Assembly (NCBI GenBank): GCA_963836075.1
Contig: CAWIIB010000009.1
Span: 2,112,001-2,176,000 of the forward strand
DNA from: an uncultured Acidobacteriota bacterium
GTDB lineage: Bacteria > Acidobacteriota > JAQAZP01
Direction: 5' to 3'
Length of the DNA: 64,000 nt
A model generated the notes under the pieces. That model did not search any database and was not told the origin of the DNA. It worked only from the letters and a program-made list of their open reading frames with translations. Shown here piece after piece: positions 50,912-62,566 of the stretch. The translations under genes were made by a program, and so were the position numbers. Position 1 is the first letter of the stretch, and every line of letters starts with the position of its first letter.

Positions 50912-52522
50912 ATGAAGACATACCTGGCACTCTTCTTCTCGTCGGTCTGTATCTCGCTCTTCCTGACTCCGCTGATCCTCCGGCTCTCGGAGCGTTACGG
51001 CATCGGCCAGGACATCACCGGCGAACGGAAAATCCACGCCCGGTCCATCCCCCGTCTGGGCGGTATCGCCATCTACCTCTCGGTCATCGCCACCCTCTCC
51101 CTGCTCCTGCTCTACGACAACAAGGTGACCCAGATCTTCAACATCCACCTCAGCGACCTGCGGGTGCTCTTTATCCCGGCCACGCTGCTCTTTCTCGTCG
51201 GTCTGGTGGACGACCTGCGTGGCCTGAACCCCTGGTTCAAGCTGGGGGTCCAGACCTCCGCGGCCCTGATCAGTTTCTGGCTCGGCCTGCGCATCGAGCT
51301 GATCACCAACCCGCTGAGCGGCGACCACGTCACCCTGGGCTGGCTGGCCCTGCCGGTGACCGTGATCTGGCTGGTGGGGGTGACCAACGCCTTCAACATG
51401 GTGGACGGCCTGGACGGCCTGGCCGGCGGCCTGGCCTGTCTGATCTCCATTTCGGTGGGGTTGATGGCCCTGGTCAACGGCCGGGTGCTGATCGCCATCT
51501 TCACCGTGACCATCGTCGGCGCCACCCTCGGCTTTCTGCGCTTCAACTTCCATCCGGCGCGGATATTCATGGGTGACGGCGGCAGCTACTTCCTCGGCTT
51601 CCTGCTGGCCTCCCTGGCCGTGCGCACCGGTGGGAAAAGTTCCATCATCGTCTCCATCGCCATTCCGCTGCTGATCCTCGGGGTGCCGATCCTCGAGACG
51701 GGGGTGACGATCCTGCGGCGGCTGTTCGCCGGGAAACCGCTGTTCCGGGCGGACGGCGGACACATGCACCACCAACTGTTGCGGGGTGGGGTCTCCCAGC
51801 GGGTGATCGTCCTGGTGATGTATGTGGTCACCGCCGCCTTCGGTGTTTCCGCCTTCGTCCTGATGGTCAACCGCACCATGGGTATCGCGGTGATGACCCT
51901 GCTGGTCAGCGTGGTGCTGGCCCTGATCTTCACCCGTCTGGGGTATCACGAGTTCAAGGAATTCCGCGACCTGGTGGAGCGGGCCTTCTTCTTCCAGCGC
52001 CGGATCCTCTCCAACCAGATTTTCATCCGTGCCGCGGCGAGCAAGCTGACCGGGTCGCGGAGCCCCGCCGAACTGTTCGGCCAGCTGGCCGTGCTGTTCC
52101 AGCACCTCGGATTCTGCCGGGCCCGCATCGACGTGGCGGTGGCCAGCGACGGGCCGGACTGGCGGATGTTCCACTGGGACTGGTCGCCTTCGGGAGACGT
52201 TCCGGCGGACCAGCCCGGCGAGGGGTGTCCCGACGAGGAAAAGGTCTGGTCGCTGGAAATTCCGCTGGCCAGCGATCCCGGTCTGAAGGCCCGGCTCCAG
52301 CTGAGCCGGCCGCTTGGTTCGGCCCGCCTCTATTTCCAGATCTACTCCCTGGTGGACCTCCTCGGCGGACAGCTTCGCCTGGCGCTGGCGCTCTTCACCC
52401 CCACGGTCTACGACGAATATTTCAGGGAGCGGCTGGAGACGGCCCGGGCGGTAGCCGCGGCCGCCGATGCGGGGGCGGCCCCTGCCCCCGCCGTCGGGCC
52501 CGGCAGGATCCGTTCGGCCTAA
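50912..52522 (+). CDS. MraY/WecA-family polyprenyl-phosphate HexNAc-1-phosphate transferase with C-terminal extension
   Basis: RKIH..IPRLGG, GLVDD, NAFNMVDGLDGL, FNFHPARIFMGDGG and ADGGHMHH motifs. Confidence 0.9.
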   Translation: MKTYLALFFSSVCISLFLTPLILRLSERYGIGQDITGERKIHARSIPRLGGIAIYLSVIATLSLLLLYDNKVTQIFNIHLSDLRVLFIPATLLFLVGLVDDLRGLNPWFKLGVQTSAALISFWLGLRIELITNPLSGDHVTLGWLALPVTVIWLVGVTNAFNMVDGLDGLAGGLACLISISVGLMALVNGRVLIAIFTVTIVGATLGFLRFNFHPARIFMGDGGSYFLGFLLASLAVRTGGKSSIIVSIAIPLLILGVPILETGVTILRRLFAGKPLFRADGGHMHHQLLRGGVSQRVIVLVMYVVTAAFGVSAFVLMVNRTMGIAVMTLLVSVVLALIFTRLGYHEFKEFRDLVERAFFFQRRILSNQIFIRAAASKLTGSRSPAELFGQLAVLFQHLGFCRARIDVAVASDGPDWRMFHWDWSPSGDVPADQPGEGCPDEEKVWSLEIPLASDPGLKARLQLSRPLGSARLYFQIYSLVDLLGGQLRLALALFTPTVYDEYFRERLETARAVAAAADAGAAPAPAVGPGRIRSA

Positions 52523-52584
52523 CCTGGTCGCCGCTGCTTCAACACCCCCCGTAAAAATGGCATAATCCCCGCCGAGGTGTTTCC

Positions 52585-54459
52585 ATGTCATCCCCCTGGT
52601 CCATCAGAAACCTGCTCCGTTCCCTTGTCCTGCTGGCACTGCTCCCGGCGGCGGGCTGTCTCGGGGAGCGGGACCGGGCGCTCAGTGAAGTGCTGGACTT
52701 CGTCTATCTTTTCCCCGGGGCCGCCGTATCAGAGACGGTCACGGCGGCGCCGGAGGCCAGGGCGGCGGTGTGGATCAACGACAGCCGCGTGGAGGACCGT
52801 TCCCACGTGAGCGGGCTTTTTGTGCGGCGCAGCGCCACGGTGGCCTACCGGCTGGACCTGGCCCGGCAACCGGTGTTCACCGTGGACCTCGGGCTGAAGG
52901 GGCGGCGCCGGGAGGGGGTTACCGACCCCCCCGGGGTGGATTTCAGCGTTCGGATCAGGGACGGCGAGACCACGGAGACCCTTTTTTCCGACACCTTCGA
53001 GACCTGGCAGGAGATGAACGCGGTCCGGCGGGTGCGGCTGGACCTGGCGGCCCATGCGGACCGGCCGGTGACCCTGATTCTTGAAACGTCGTTTCACCCC
53101 GGTGCCGACGGGCGGGTGCACGCGGTCTGGTCCAGGCCGCGCATCACCCAGCTGGTCCGGCACCCACCCGGGGACGCCGGGACCGGTGAGCCGCCCAATC
53201 TGATCCTGATCACCGTGGACACCCTCCGCGCCGACCACCTGGGGTGTTATGGCAGCGCCGAGGTGCGGACGCCCAACATGGACCGGCTGGCCCGGGAAGG
53301 AGTGGTCTTCTCGCAGGTGGTGAGCCAGTTCAACAACACCGTCCCCTCCCACGCCAGCCTGTTCACCTCCCAATACGGCGTGGATCACGGTTCGCTGCAC
53401 AACGCCGACCCGCTGGGAGAAGAGGCAATCACCCTGGCCGAGGTGCTGAGGGAGCAGGGCTACCGTACCGCCGCCATGGTGGGCGCATGGCACCTCGGCC
53501 CCGAGCACTCGGGACTGGGCCAGGGCTTCGAGGAGGTCAGGTCTCCGCACATGGAAAGGATGGCTCTCGATTCCACGCTGATGGCCCTCTCCTGGATCGG
53601 AGAGCATCGCGGCGAGCCGTTCTTTCTCTGGATCCATTACTACGACCCGCACCTGCCCTACGCGCCGGTCCCGCCCTTCGACCGGATGTACGGCAGCGAC
53701 CGGCAGTGGAGGGGCACGGGCCGCCCCACCATCGACGCCCAGATTCTCAACCGCCACGGTGTGCTCATCGCCAACCAGCCGCGGCACTGGTTCGAGGGTG
53801 TCACCGACCTCGGCTACCCGTCCGCCATGTACCGCGGGGAGGTGTCGGCCACCGACTACGCTTTTGGCGTGCTCTGGAAACAGCTCCGCAGGCTGGCTCT
53901 GGCCGAGCGCACCATTGTGGCGCTCACCGCCGATCACGGTGAGGGGCTGGGTGAGCACAACATCTTTTTCGGCCACCACGGGCTGTACGCCGAGCAGATC
54001 CGCATCCCGCTGATCATTCGCACGCCGGGCACGCGCCGTGCCCCCGCCACGGTGCCCCGACTGGTGGAGAGCATCGACGTGGCGCCCACCCTGCTGAGGA
54101 TTCTCGGTATTGCGGTCCCGCCGGCGATGAAGGGCACCGACCTGTTCGAGGCGGGGGAGCAGCCGATGGCCTTCTGCCAGCACGGGCACGATCAAGGGTT
54201 CACCATCCAGCAGGGGAAGTGGAAATTCACCCGCATCCACAAGCAGATGCCCGGCCTGGAGATGGGGACACGGCTGGTGGACCTGGCCGCGGATCCCGGA
54301 GAGACCAGGAACCTCGTGGAACAGTATCCGGAGGTGGCGGCGGCGCTGGAGGAGCTCGCCGGAACCCTGGCCGCGGGGGGCACCGCGGCACAGGAGCCGG
54401 AGCCGGTCCTCGATCCCGAAGTGGCCGAAAAACTCAAGGCCATGGGCTATCTCTACTGA
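52585..54459 (+). CDS. Exported (lipoprotein) sulfatase-like hydrolase/transferase
   Basis: AAGC lipobox-like; PNLILITVDTLRADHL, NTVPSHASLFT, HYYDPHLPY and ADHGE motifs; C-terminal LKAMGYLY. Confidence 0.85.
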   Translation: MSSPWSIRNLLRSLVLLALLPAAGCLGERDRALSEVLDFVYLFPGAAVSETVTAAPEARAAVWINDSRVEDRSHVSGLFVRRSATVAYRLDLARQPVFTVDLGLKGRRREGVTDPPGVDFSVRIRDGETTETLFSDTFETWQEMNAVRRVRLDLAAHADRPVTLILETSFHPGADGRVHAVWSRPRITQLVRHPPGDAGTGEPPNLILITVDTLRADHLGCYGSAEVRTPNMDRLAREGVVFSQVVSQFNNTVPSHASLFTSQYGVDHGSLHNADPLGEEAITLAEVLREQGYRTAAMVGAWHLGPEHSGLGQGFEEVRSPHMERMALDSTLMALSWIGEHRGEPFFLWIHYYDPHLPYAPVPPFDRMYGSDRQWRGTGRPTIDAQILNRHGVLIANQPRHWFEGVTDLGYPSAMYRGEVSATDYAFGVLWKQLRRLALAERTIVALTADHGEGLGEHNIFFGHHGLYAEQIRIPLIIRTPGTRRAPATVPRLVESIDVAPTLLRILGIAVPPAMKGTDLFEAGEQPMAFCQHGHDQGFTIQQGKWKFTRIHKQMPGLEMGTRLVDLAADPGETRNLVEQYPEVAAALEELAGTLAAGGTAAQEPEPVLDPEVAEKLKAMGYLY

Positions 54460-54639
54460 GCGCGTCCTGGCCGTTCCGCCGGAAAAGGGGTTGGACAGTG
54501 GGAGAGCGCATCTGCTACCATTGGTCGCGCGTGCAACCAATTATGATTACAGTCAGTTATACGGTCATTTCCACGATGGGGGGCGGCAGGGTTCGGGCCG
54601 CCCGGCCCCTGGCGGGAAAGAATGGTGATGGGAAGCAAC

Positions 54640-55848
54640 ATGAGCGGACAATCAGGTGACAGCCGGCAGGCGGCAGGGGTGCCGCTGCTCGATCTGAAGG
54701 CCCAGTATGCCGCCATCCGGTCCGAACTGGACGACGCGGTGCGCGGGGTCTGCGAGAGCCAGTATTTCATCCTCGGGCCTGAGGTCAAGGGCCTGGAGGA
54801 GGAGACCGCGGCCTACTGCGGCTGCCGCCACGCCGTCGGCGTTTCCAGCGGCACCGATGCCCTGCTGGCGGCACTGATGGCCTGCGGGGTGGGCCCCGGA
54901 GACGAGGTGGTCACCACCCCCTACACCTTCTTTGCCACCGCGGGCAGCATCTCCCGTCTGGGCGCAATCCCGGTCTTCGCCGACATCGATCCGGTGAGCT
55001 TCAACATCGACCCGAACCTGATCGAGGATGCGGTCACGCCCCGCACCAGGGCCATCCTGCCCGTGCACCTCTACGGCCAGGCAGCGGACATGGACCCCAT
55101 CCTCGCTCTTGCCCACAGCCGCGGCATCCCGGTGATCGAGGACGCCGCCCAGGCCATCGGCACCGAGTACAAGGGCCGCCGGGCCGGCAGTATGGGACGT
55201 CTGGGCTGTTTCAGTTTCTTCCCCAGCAAGAACCTCGGGGGGTTCGGGGACGGCGGCCTGGTGACCACCGGCGACGACGACCTGGCGGTGCGGCTCCAGG
55301 AACTGCGGATGCACGGCAGCGAGAAGAAGTACTACCACCACACGGTGGGCGGCAACTTCCGGCTGGATGCCCTGCAGGCCGCTGTGCTGCGGGTCAAGCT
55401 GCGCTACCTCGACGGCTGGACCGCCGGCCGCCAGCAGAATGCCGCCGTCTACAACCAGCTCTTTCTCGACGCCGGGCTGCTGGACCCCGAAACGGGAATC
55501 ATCTCCCTGCCGCTGGAATCGCCGGTCTTCGGCGGCGGCACACCGCGCGGCGATCAGCCGGTGGCCGCGGGCCACCGCCATATCTACAACCAGTATGTCA
55601 TCCGCTGTCACCGCCGCGACGACCTGCGCGATCACCTGCAGCAGCGGAAGATCGGCTGCGATATCTACTACCCGGTGCCCCTGCACCTCCAGGAATGTTT
55701 CTCCGGTCTCGGCGGCCGGCCCGGCCAGTTCCCGGCGAGCGAACTGGCCGCCGGCCAGACCCTCGCTCTGCCCATCTTTCCCGAGCTGGGGCAGCAGCGG
55801 ATGGAAACCGTGGTCAACGCCATCGCCGATTTCTACAGGAATGCCTGA
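54640..55848 (+). CDS. DegT/DnrJ/EryC1/StrS PLP-dependent sugar aminotransferase
   Basis: [29 protein letters not shown] and [10 protein letters not shown] motifs. Confidence 0.93.
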   Translation: MSGQSGDSRQAAGVPLLDLKAQYAAIRSELDDAVRGVCESQYFILGPEVKGLEEETAAYCGCRHAVGVSSGTDALLAALMACGVGPGDEVVTTPYTFFATAGSISRLGAIPVFADIDPVSFNIDPNLIEDAVTPRTRAILPVHLYGQAADMDPILALAHSRGIPVIEDAAQAIGTEYKGRRAGSMGRLGCFSFFPSKNLGGFGDGGLVTTGDDDLAVRLQELRMHGSEKKYYHHTVGGNFRLDALQAAVLRVKLRYLDGWTAGRQQNAAVYNQLFLDAGLLDPETGIISLPLESPVFGGGTPRGDQPVAAGHRHIYNQYVIRCHRRDDLRDHLQQRKIGCDIYYPVPLHLQECFSGLGGRPGQFPASELAAGQTLALPIFPELGQQRMETVVNAIADFYRNA

Positions 55849-55851
55849 GCC

Positions 55852-56841
55852 GTGATCATCACCCAGACCCCCCTGCGCGTCAGCCTGGCCGGCGGCGGCA
55901 CCGATTTCCCCGACTACTTTCGCCGGGAGGGGACCACCTTTATCAGCACCGCCATCGACAAGTATGTCTTCGTGATCATCAAGGAGCGCTTCGACGACCT
56001 GATCGTGCTCAACTACTCGGACCGCGAGATCGTGGAGAGCGTGGACCAGATCGGCCACGACCTGATCCGTGAAGCGCTGCGCATCACCGGCATCCACCGG
56101 GGGGTGGAGATCACCACCCTGGCCGACATTCCCTCGGAAGGGTGCGGGCTGGGTTCTTCCAGCAGCATCACCGTCGGACTGCTCAACGCCTTCTACGCCT
56201 TTGGCGGCGAGCAGGTGACCGCCGAGCGTCTGGCCCGGGAGGCGGTGCGCATCGAGGTGGAGACCCTCGGCCGGCCCATCGGCATCCAGGACCAGTATAT
56301 TGCGGCCTACGGCAACCTGCGGCACTTCCAGGTGGACGTTGACGGCCGGGTGGTCTGCCGGCCCGTCGGGGTCAGCGAGGGTGACAAGCGGCGTCTCGGC
56401 GAGCAACTGATGCTCTGGTATCTCAACTCCACCCGCAGTGCGGCCAGTGTCCTGGAGACCCAGAAGGAGAACATCTCCAACCGCATCGGCCAGCTGGACA
56501 GCCTGCGCCGGCTGGTCCCGGGGGTGGAGGAAAGCCTGCTGGCCGGACGGATCGACGATGTGGGCCGCGCGCTGCACGACGGCTGGTCCATCAAGCGCGA
56601 ACTGGCCGACACCATCTCCAACCAGGGCATCGACCGCCTCTACGACCTGGCCCGCAACGCCGGGGCCCTGGGCGGCAAGGTGGTGGGGGCGGGCGGGGGA
56701 GGTTTCCTGCTGCTCTACTGCCCCCGGGAGCGCCAGGACGCTTTGCGTGAGGCTTTTTCCGGGTATCGCGAGCTGCCCTTCGGCCTGGAGCGGGACGGGA
56801 GCAAGGTGATCTTCAACGCGCTGCGCTACAGCACCAAGTAG
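55852..56841 (+). CDS. GHMP kinase, HddA-like (D-glycero-alpha-D-manno-heptose-7-phosphate kinase)
   Basis: TPLRVSLAGGGTD, GCGLGSSSS, GIQDQY and GGKVVGAGGGGF motifs. Confidence 0.85.
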   Translation: MIITQTPLRVSLAGGGTDFPDYFRREGTTFISTAIDKYVFVIIKERFDDLIVLNYSDREIVESVDQIGHDLIREALRITGIHRGVEITTLADIPSEGCGLGSSSSITVGLLNAFYAFGGEQVTAERLAREAVRIEVETLGRPIGIQDQYIAAYGNLRHFQVDVDGRVVCRPVGVSEGDKRRLGEQLMLWYLNSTRSAASVLETQKENISNRIGQLDSLRRLVPGVEESLLAGRIDDVGRALHDGWSIKRELADTISNQGIDRLYDLARNAGALGGKVVGAGGGGFLLLYCPRERQDALREAFSGYRELPFGLERDGSKVIFNALRYSTK

Positions 56842-56870
56842 ATGCTCACTTCCACTGTTGGCCCGGGGAA

Positions 56871-57620
56871 CTATTCATCGCTTTTTCGGAAAAGCGCCGG
56901 CCGGCAGATCCCCATCCGTTGCCCCAGTCCCAGCAGGGACGTCCACAGCACACCGAGACCGTAGACCACGCTGCGGCGGAAGTTGATCGACGACGATTCG
57001 TCGATGTAGCGGCAGGGACAGGAGACCTCGGCGATGCGGTAGCCCCGCATGATCACCTGGGCCAGCATCTGGTTGTCAAAGAGGAAGTCGTCCGAGTTGT
57101 TTTCCAGCGGCAGGGAGAGGAGCACTTCCCGGCTGAACGCCCGGTACCCGGTGTGATACTCGGAGAGTTTGTGGCCCAGCATCAGGTTCTGGAAGAAGGT
57201 CAGCGCCCGGTTGGAGAGATATTTGTAGAGCGGCATGCCGCCCTGCAGGGCGCCGGCACCCAGGATCCGCGACCCGAGGGCCACGTCGAACTCGCCGCAG
57301 GCGATGGCCGAGCAGAGGGTGGGCGCCAGCTTCGGGGTGTACTGGTAGTCGGGGTGGATCATCACCACGATATCCGCGCCTCTCTCCAGCGCCGCACGGT
57401 AGCAAGTCTTCTGGTTGCCGCCGTAGCCGAGGTTCCGCGGGTGGCGGATGACCTCCACACCCAGCTCGGCGGCCAGGGCGACGGTGCGGTCCGCGCTGGC
57501 GTCGTCCACCAGGATCACCGTGTCCGCCGCCTCCGCCGGAATCTCGGACACCGTGCGAGCCAGCGTCTTCTCGGCATTGTAGGCCGGCAGCACCACCACG
57601 ATTTTCTTGCCCTGGATCAT
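56871..57620 (-). CDS. Glycosyltransferase family 2 (polyprenol-phosphate glycosyltransferase-like)
   Basis: VVLPAYNAE, LVDDASAD, GYGGNQK, HPDYQY and SEYHTGYRAF motifs. Confidence 0.9.
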   Translation of the reverse strand: MIQGKKIVVVLPAYNAEKTLARTVSEIPAEAADTVILVDDASADRTVALAAELGVEVIRHPRNLGYGGNQKTCYRAALERGADIVVMIHPDYQYTPKLAPTLCSAIACGEFDVALGSRILGAGALQGGMPLYKYLSNRALTFFQNLMLGHKLSEYHTGYRAFSREVLLSLPLENNSDDFLFDNQMLAQVIMRGYRIAEVSCPCRYIDESSSINFRRSVVYGLGVLWTSLLGLGQRMGICRPALFRKSDE

Positions 57621-57727
57621 CGGAAAGCACGCTCCCCGTCGGTGAGACAACGCTGAATCATAATGCCCGGCGGCTGAGCTTGGCAAGGATCGGCCCTGCC
57701 GGGGACGATCGGGTATACTGCCCTGCT

Positions 57728-58633
57728 ATGAACAGCAAAGCACAGCCAGTGGGCATCCGGGTGCACCTGGGCCTGCTCTTCATCCAGCTCACCTTCGGCG
57801 GGTTCCACGTCATGGGCAAGTACGTTCTGGGGACCCTCCACCCCTTTGCCGTTGCCGGGGCCCGGGTGGCCGTGGCCGCTCCGGTGCTGCTGGCCCTGGC
57901 CTGGCTGGTGGACCGCACGCTGCCCGCACGAGGCGACTTGCCGCGGCTGGCCCTGCTGGGCCTGCTGGGGGTCTTTGCCAACCAGCTGCTCTTCATCATC
58001 GGTCTGCAATACACCACCGCCACCAACGCCGGGATCCTGATGCCCTCCATACCCGTGTTTGCCGTGGGGCTGGCGGCGCTGTTCGGGCAGGACCGTCTGG
58101 AAGGTCGGCGGCTGGCCGGCATCGGCCTGGCCGTGGCCGGGGCGCTGGTGATGCTCGACGTTACCCGCTTTGACCTGGGCGGGGGCGGAGAGTTGCTGGG
58201 CAACGGGTTGATCCTGAGCAACTGCCTCTGCTACGCCGCCTTCCTCGTGCTGCAGAAACCCCTGCTCCGGCGACTGCCCCCGCTCACCGTCATCGCCTGG
58301 TCCTTTCTCTTTGGCGGCATCCCCGTGCTGGCCGTCACCGCGGGCCGGCTGCCGGAGCTCAATCCGGCGACACTGCCCCCGCCGGTGCTGGCCGGGATGA
58401 TCTACGTGGTGCTGGTGCCCACGGTGATCAACTACGCGCTGGCCACCTGGGCGGTGAAACGGTCTTCGCCGGCCCTGGTGGCGGCGTACATCACCCTCCA
58501 GCCGGTGGCCGCCGGCGGCCTGGCCATGCTCTTTCTGGGGGAGCGTGCCGGCCTGCGGGAACTGGCCGGCTTCGTGCTTATCGTTCTGGGGTTGTATACG
58601 GTGAGCCGCCGGGGGGCGGTGGAGCGGGGGTGA
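57728..58633 (+). CDS. DMT/EamA family transporter
   Basis: 10 TM segments in two EamA repeats; GLQYTTATNAG and LQPV..LFLGE motifs. Confidence 0.88.
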   Translation: MNSKAQPVGIRVHLGLLFIQLTFGGFHVMGKYVLGTLHPFAVAGARVAVAAPVLLALAWLVDRTLPARGDLPRLALLGLLGVFANQLLFIIGLQYTTATNAGILMPSIPVFAVGLAALFGQDRLEGRRLAGIGLAVAGALVMLDVTRFDLGGGGELLGNGLILSNCLCYAAFLVLQKPLLRRLPPLTVIAWSFLFGGIPVLAVTAGRLPELNPATLPPPVLAGMIYVVLVPTVINYALATWAVKRSSPALVAAYITLQPVAAGGLAMLFLGERAGLRELAGFVLIVLGLYTVSRRGAVERG

Positions 58634-58642
58634 TGTGGCGGG

Positions 58643-60055
58643 TTACTCCAGGTAGCCCAGCGCCTGCAGCCGTCTCACCTGCTCGGCGTCGAGGTCCACG
58701 GCATCCGCCGCCCGGTGCTCCCGGCCCGTGTCCAGTTGTTCCCTGACCCACTGCAGGTCGGCCAGCATCCGGTCCCGGCGTTCGACGGAACGGCCGGCGA
58801 GGTCTGTCTGTTCGTCGGGGTCCTGCCGCCGGTCATAGAGCTCGGCCCGTGCCGCCGCTTCCTTCCCTTCCCCGGGCCGCAGAATCAGTTTGAAGCCCTC
58901 CGACTGCCAGGAGTAGAGGTCGGCTCCCCAGAAGTTCCCCTCGGCAAAGACCGGGCGGTCGCCCTGTTCGCGGCCCTCGATCAGCGGGACCAGCGATTTC
59001 CCGGCAAAGGATTCCACCGGGGAGAGGCCGGTCAGTTCGAGAACCGTGGGAGCCAGGTCGATCTGGCGCACCGAGCTGTCCAGCACCAGGCCCTCCGGCA
59101 ACCGGCCGGGAAGCCGGACCACCAGCGGCACGTGCAGCAGCTCCTCGTACAGCGTGTGCCCGTGCTCGAATCCCTGGTGGTCGCCGAACTCCTCCCCATG
59201 ATCGGCAGTGATCACCACCAGGGTGGACGAGTCCAGCTCCAGTGTGGCCAGGCCGTCCAGCAGCCGGCCGATCTCCCGGTCGGTGTAGGCCACTTCGGCG
59301 TCATAGAGCCCTTCGAGGCGGGAGAGCAGCGCCGGGGCCAGCCTGATCCGTCCCTGGCGCAGGGCGGTCATCTCCGCTTTGGAGCCAAAGAGGTGACCAC
59401 GGCCGGCCCGGTCCGGCTGGCGGGCGTGCCGCCGGCGGAATTCGGCCGGCGGGTCGTATTCCAGGTGGGGGTCGAAATAGTGGACCAGGAGAAAAAAGGG
59501 GGCCCCTTTCAACTCATCCAGTCGCTGGAGGGCGGCGTCGGTGGTGGGGGCCGCGATGCGGGTTCCGCTGTTCGATTCGCTGGCTGCGAAATCAACGGCC
59601 TCGAACCCCCGGGTCATCCCGAAGGCCGAAGAGAGGAAATCGACGTTGATCACCGCCGCCGTCCGGTAACCGGCATCGCCGAACCGCTGCGGCAGGGTGG
59701 GGATCTGTTCGGGCAGCGTACTGAAGCGGAACGGCCCCAGCTTCTCCCCGGCCCGGTGTTGCGACGGGTGGCGGGAGGTGAGCAGCGACGCTACGGAGGG
59801 CAGGGTCCAGGGGGAGTGGGCACTGGCCCTGGAGAAGCGGACGCCGCCCGCCGCCGCCCTGTCGATGGACGGGGTGAGCCCGGAACTGTTTCCCTGGCAT
59901 CCCAGGCGGTCGGCCCGCAACGTATCCACCACCACCAGCAGCACGTTCACCGGTTTTTCCGTCTCGGCGGAAGGCCGGGGCGCGCAGCTCTCCGTCTGCC
60001 AGAACAGCAGGGCGGTGATGATGGCGGCAAGTAACGGGAGAGTTTTTCTCTTCAT
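58643..60055 (-). CDS. Exported sulfatase-like hydrolase/transferase
   Basis: NVLLVVVDTLRADRL, WTLPSVASLLT, HYFDPHLEY and ADHGE motifs; C-terminal LQALGYLE. ATG 60055. Confidence 0.85.
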   Translation of the reverse strand: MKRKTLPLLAAIITALLFWQTESCAPRPSAETEKPVNVLLVVVDTLRADRLGCQGNSSGLTPSIDRAAAGGVRFSRASAHSPWTLPSVASLLTSRHPSQHRAGEKLGPFRFSTLPEQIPTLPQRFGDAGYRTAAVINVDFLSSAFGMTRGFEAVDFAASESNSGTRIAAPTTDAALQRLDELKGAPFFLLVHYFDPHLEYDPPAEFRRRHARQPDRAGRGHLFGSKAEMTALRQGRIRLAPALLSRLEGLYDAEVAYTDREIGRLLDGLATLELDSSTLVVITADHGEEFGDHQGFEHGHTLYEELLHVPLVVRLPGRLPEGLVLDSSVRQIDLAPTVLELTGLSPVESFAGKSLVPLIEGREQGDRPVFAEGNFWGADLYSWQSEGFKLILRPGEGKEAAARAELYDRRQDPDEQTDLAGRSVERRDRMLADLQWVREQLDTGREHRAADAVDLDAEQVRRLQALGYLE

Positions 60056-60270
60056 CAATGTTTTTCCACAGTGCTCCCGGGCGTTTGAAATCCAGGCCGA
60101 GGGGAAGGATATCAGCATCGGCCCGGCCGGAAAAGGGTGGGGGAAGGTTGTGTGGACCAGCTGGACGAAAGACGGACAAATTGCGGCAATCGACTCAGGA
60201 TATACGGCTGATGTGCCGAATAGAAATGAGGTGTCTGGCGCTGTGACTTGTGCATGAGGCAGCTGAAACA

Positions 60271-62439
60271 ATGGTAAACGAACTCTACCGCCACCAGAAT
60301 CCACCGCTGATTCCATCCGACGCCGCTTCCACGGCCGGCGGCCGTCCGGGCCCGGTTCCCGATGATGCCCGGGGTGAGCCCGAGGAGTTAAAACTGCTGG
60401 AGGGTGAGGACGTATCGCTCCAGATGGAGCTGGAGCGGCGGATCAGTGAACTGGAAGAGGAGAACCGGGCCCTGCGGGCCGAACGGGATGCGGCCCGGGA
60501 TTCGGAACAGGCCAAGAGCGCTTTCCTGGCCAACATGTCGCATGAGATCCGGACCCCGATGAACGGGATCATCGGAATGACCGACCTGGTGCTGCGCACC
60601 GACCTGACCCGTGAACAGCAGGAATACATCGAGCTCTCGCGGAGTTCGGCCGAATCGATGCTCGACCTGCTCAATGACGTTCTCGACTTCTCCAAAATGG
60701 AAGCAGGCCAGATGGAGCTGGAATCCATCGGGTTCAACCTGCGTCAGATGCTGGAATCCACTGCCGATGCACTGGCGGTGCGGGCACACAATAAATCGCT
60801 GGAACTGACCTGCCGGATTCGCAACGACGTGCCGCTGGACCTGCTGGGCGACCCGACACGGTTGCGGCAGATCCTGATGAATCTCGGCGTCAACGCCATC
60901 AAGTTCACCACTGCCGGGAACATCGCCATCAGCTGTGAAGTGGAGGCAAGAACCGGGAACCGGGTGACCCTGCACTTTGCCGTGACCGACAGCGGCATCG
61001 GCATCTCCGGGGACCAGGTGGAGGCAATCTTTCAGAGCTACCGGCAGGCGGACGGTACGGTGAGCCGGATCCACGGCGGCACCGGCCTCGGCCTGGCCAT
61101 CTGCCGCCAGCTCACCGAAATGATGGGTGGGCGCGTGTGGGCCAGCAGCGAAGAGTCCCGGGGAAGCACGTTCCACTGCACCGCCGAGTTCCTGATGACC
61201 GGGCCGGTGTCCGGCGAGGCCTTCACCCCGTCGGAGGTGCTGGCCGGGGTCCGGACCCTGGTGGTGGACGACAACCCGGCCAGCCGGGACATTCTCAACG
61301 ACATGATGGACCTCTGCGGCATGCAGTCCGCTGAGGCGGAGAGCGGGGAAGCGGCGCTGGAAGAGTTGACCCGGGCTGCCGCGGCGGGCCAGCCGTACCG
61401 GGTGGCGGTGATCGATGTGGACATGCCGGGAATGGACGGGTTCGAGGTGAGCCGGCGGATCGGGGAGAACGACCAGCTGGATGCCGACGTGGTCCTGCTC
61501 TCCTCCCTCGGCCGTGACGGCGACATCAAACTGTGCCAGGACCGGGGAATCGAGGCCTATCTGATGAAGCCGGTGAAACTGGCCCAGCTGGCTGCGGCGA
61601 TGACCCGGCTGCTGGAGGCGGCACAGGAGGAGCCGGCGCCGGTGGTCGACGAGGTTGCGGATCCGGCCAACCTGCTGAACATCCTGATCGTGGAGGACAA
61701 CCTGGTCAATCAGAAACTGGCGGTCCGGTTGCTCAAGCGCAGGGGTGACACGGTGACCGTGGCGGATAATGGCGCCATGGCTTTGCAGTACGTGAAGCAG
61801 AACACGTACGACTGCATTTTGATGGACATTCAGATGCCGGTGATGGACGGGATCACCGCGGCGGGGAGGATCCGGGAACTGGAGGCCCAGGGGGAACAGC
61901 ACATTCCGATCATCGCCATGACCGCTCACGCGATGAAGGGCGACCGGGAGCGCTGCCTGGGGGCCGGAATGGATGAATACGTGACCAAGCCGATCAACGT
62001 CCAGCAACTGTATGGCCTGCTGGACAAGGTTGGGGCCGGCGAGGTGATCATTGCGCCGGAGAGGCAATCCCGCATGGCCGAGCAGCCCGCCAGAGGTGAC
62101 CTGCTCGACTTCGACTCGATCCTCGACGATTTCGACCGGGACCAGCGGTTGCTGGCGGATGTTATCCGGATGTTCATGGAGGAGTCGGTCCAGCTGTTCG
62201 AACGCCTCAGCCATGCCATTGTTTCCGGGGATGCCGACGAGCTGAAGAGAGCGGCGCACTCGCTGAAGGGGTCAGTGGGCTATTTCAAGGTGGATCGGCT
62301 TTCCGAAATGACCTCCAGACTGGAGAGCCTGGGGGCCAGCGGCACCACTGAGGGCGGCGGGGAGATAATGACCTCTCTGGGATCCCTCCTCGACAAGACG
62401 ATCCTCGACATGCAGGGCTACCTCGACGAACAGGGCTGA
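60271..62439 (+). CDS. Cytoplasmic hybrid histidine kinase (HisKA-HATPase-REC-REC-HPt)
   Basis: [32 protein letters not shown]; two receivers (DVDMP, DIQMP); AAHSLKGS HPt; no TM segment. Confidence 0.93.
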   Translation: MVNELYRHQNPPLIPSDAASTAGGRPGPVPDDARGEPEELKLLEGEDVSLQMELERRISELEEENRALRAERDAARDSEQAKSAFLANMSHEIRTPMNGIIGMTDLVLRTDLTREQQEYIELSRSSAESMLDLLNDVLDFSKMEAGQMELESIGFNLRQMLESTADALAVRAHNKSLELTCRIRNDVPLDLLGDPTRLRQILMNLGVNAIKFTTAGNIAISCEVEARTGNRVTLHFAVTDSGIGISGDQVEAIFQSYRQADGTVSRIHGGTGLGLAICRQLTEMMGGRVWASSEESRGSTFHCTAEFLMTGPVSGEAFTPSEVLAGVRTLVVDDNPASRDILNDMMDLCGMQSAEAESGEAALEELTRAAAAGQPYRVAVIDVDMPGMDGFEVSRRIGENDQLDADVVLLSSLGRDGDIKLCQDRGIEAYLMKPVKLAQLAAAMTRLLEAAQEEPAPVVDEVADPANLLNILIVEDNLVNQKLAVRLLKRRGDTVTVADNGAMALQYVKQNTYDCILMDIQMPVMDGITAAGRIRELEAQGEQHIPIIAMTAHAMKGDRERCLGAGMDEYVTKPINVQQLYGLLDKVGAGEVIIAPERQSRMAEQPARGDLLDFDSILDDFDRDQRLLADVIRMFMEESVQLFERLSHAIVSGDADELKRAAHSLKGSVGYFKVDRLSEMTSRLESLGASGTTEGGGEIMTSLGSLLDKTILDMQGYLDEQG

Positions 62440-62566
62440 GGCGATGAACATGCGCCACCCCCTTCCTTTTCCGTGGGCACCGATCGCGTCCAGCGGGCCG
62501 GCCTGACCCTCACCGTTATCTCCCGCATCGACACGGATGACTGGCCGGTCCGCGAATTCCGCCGGG

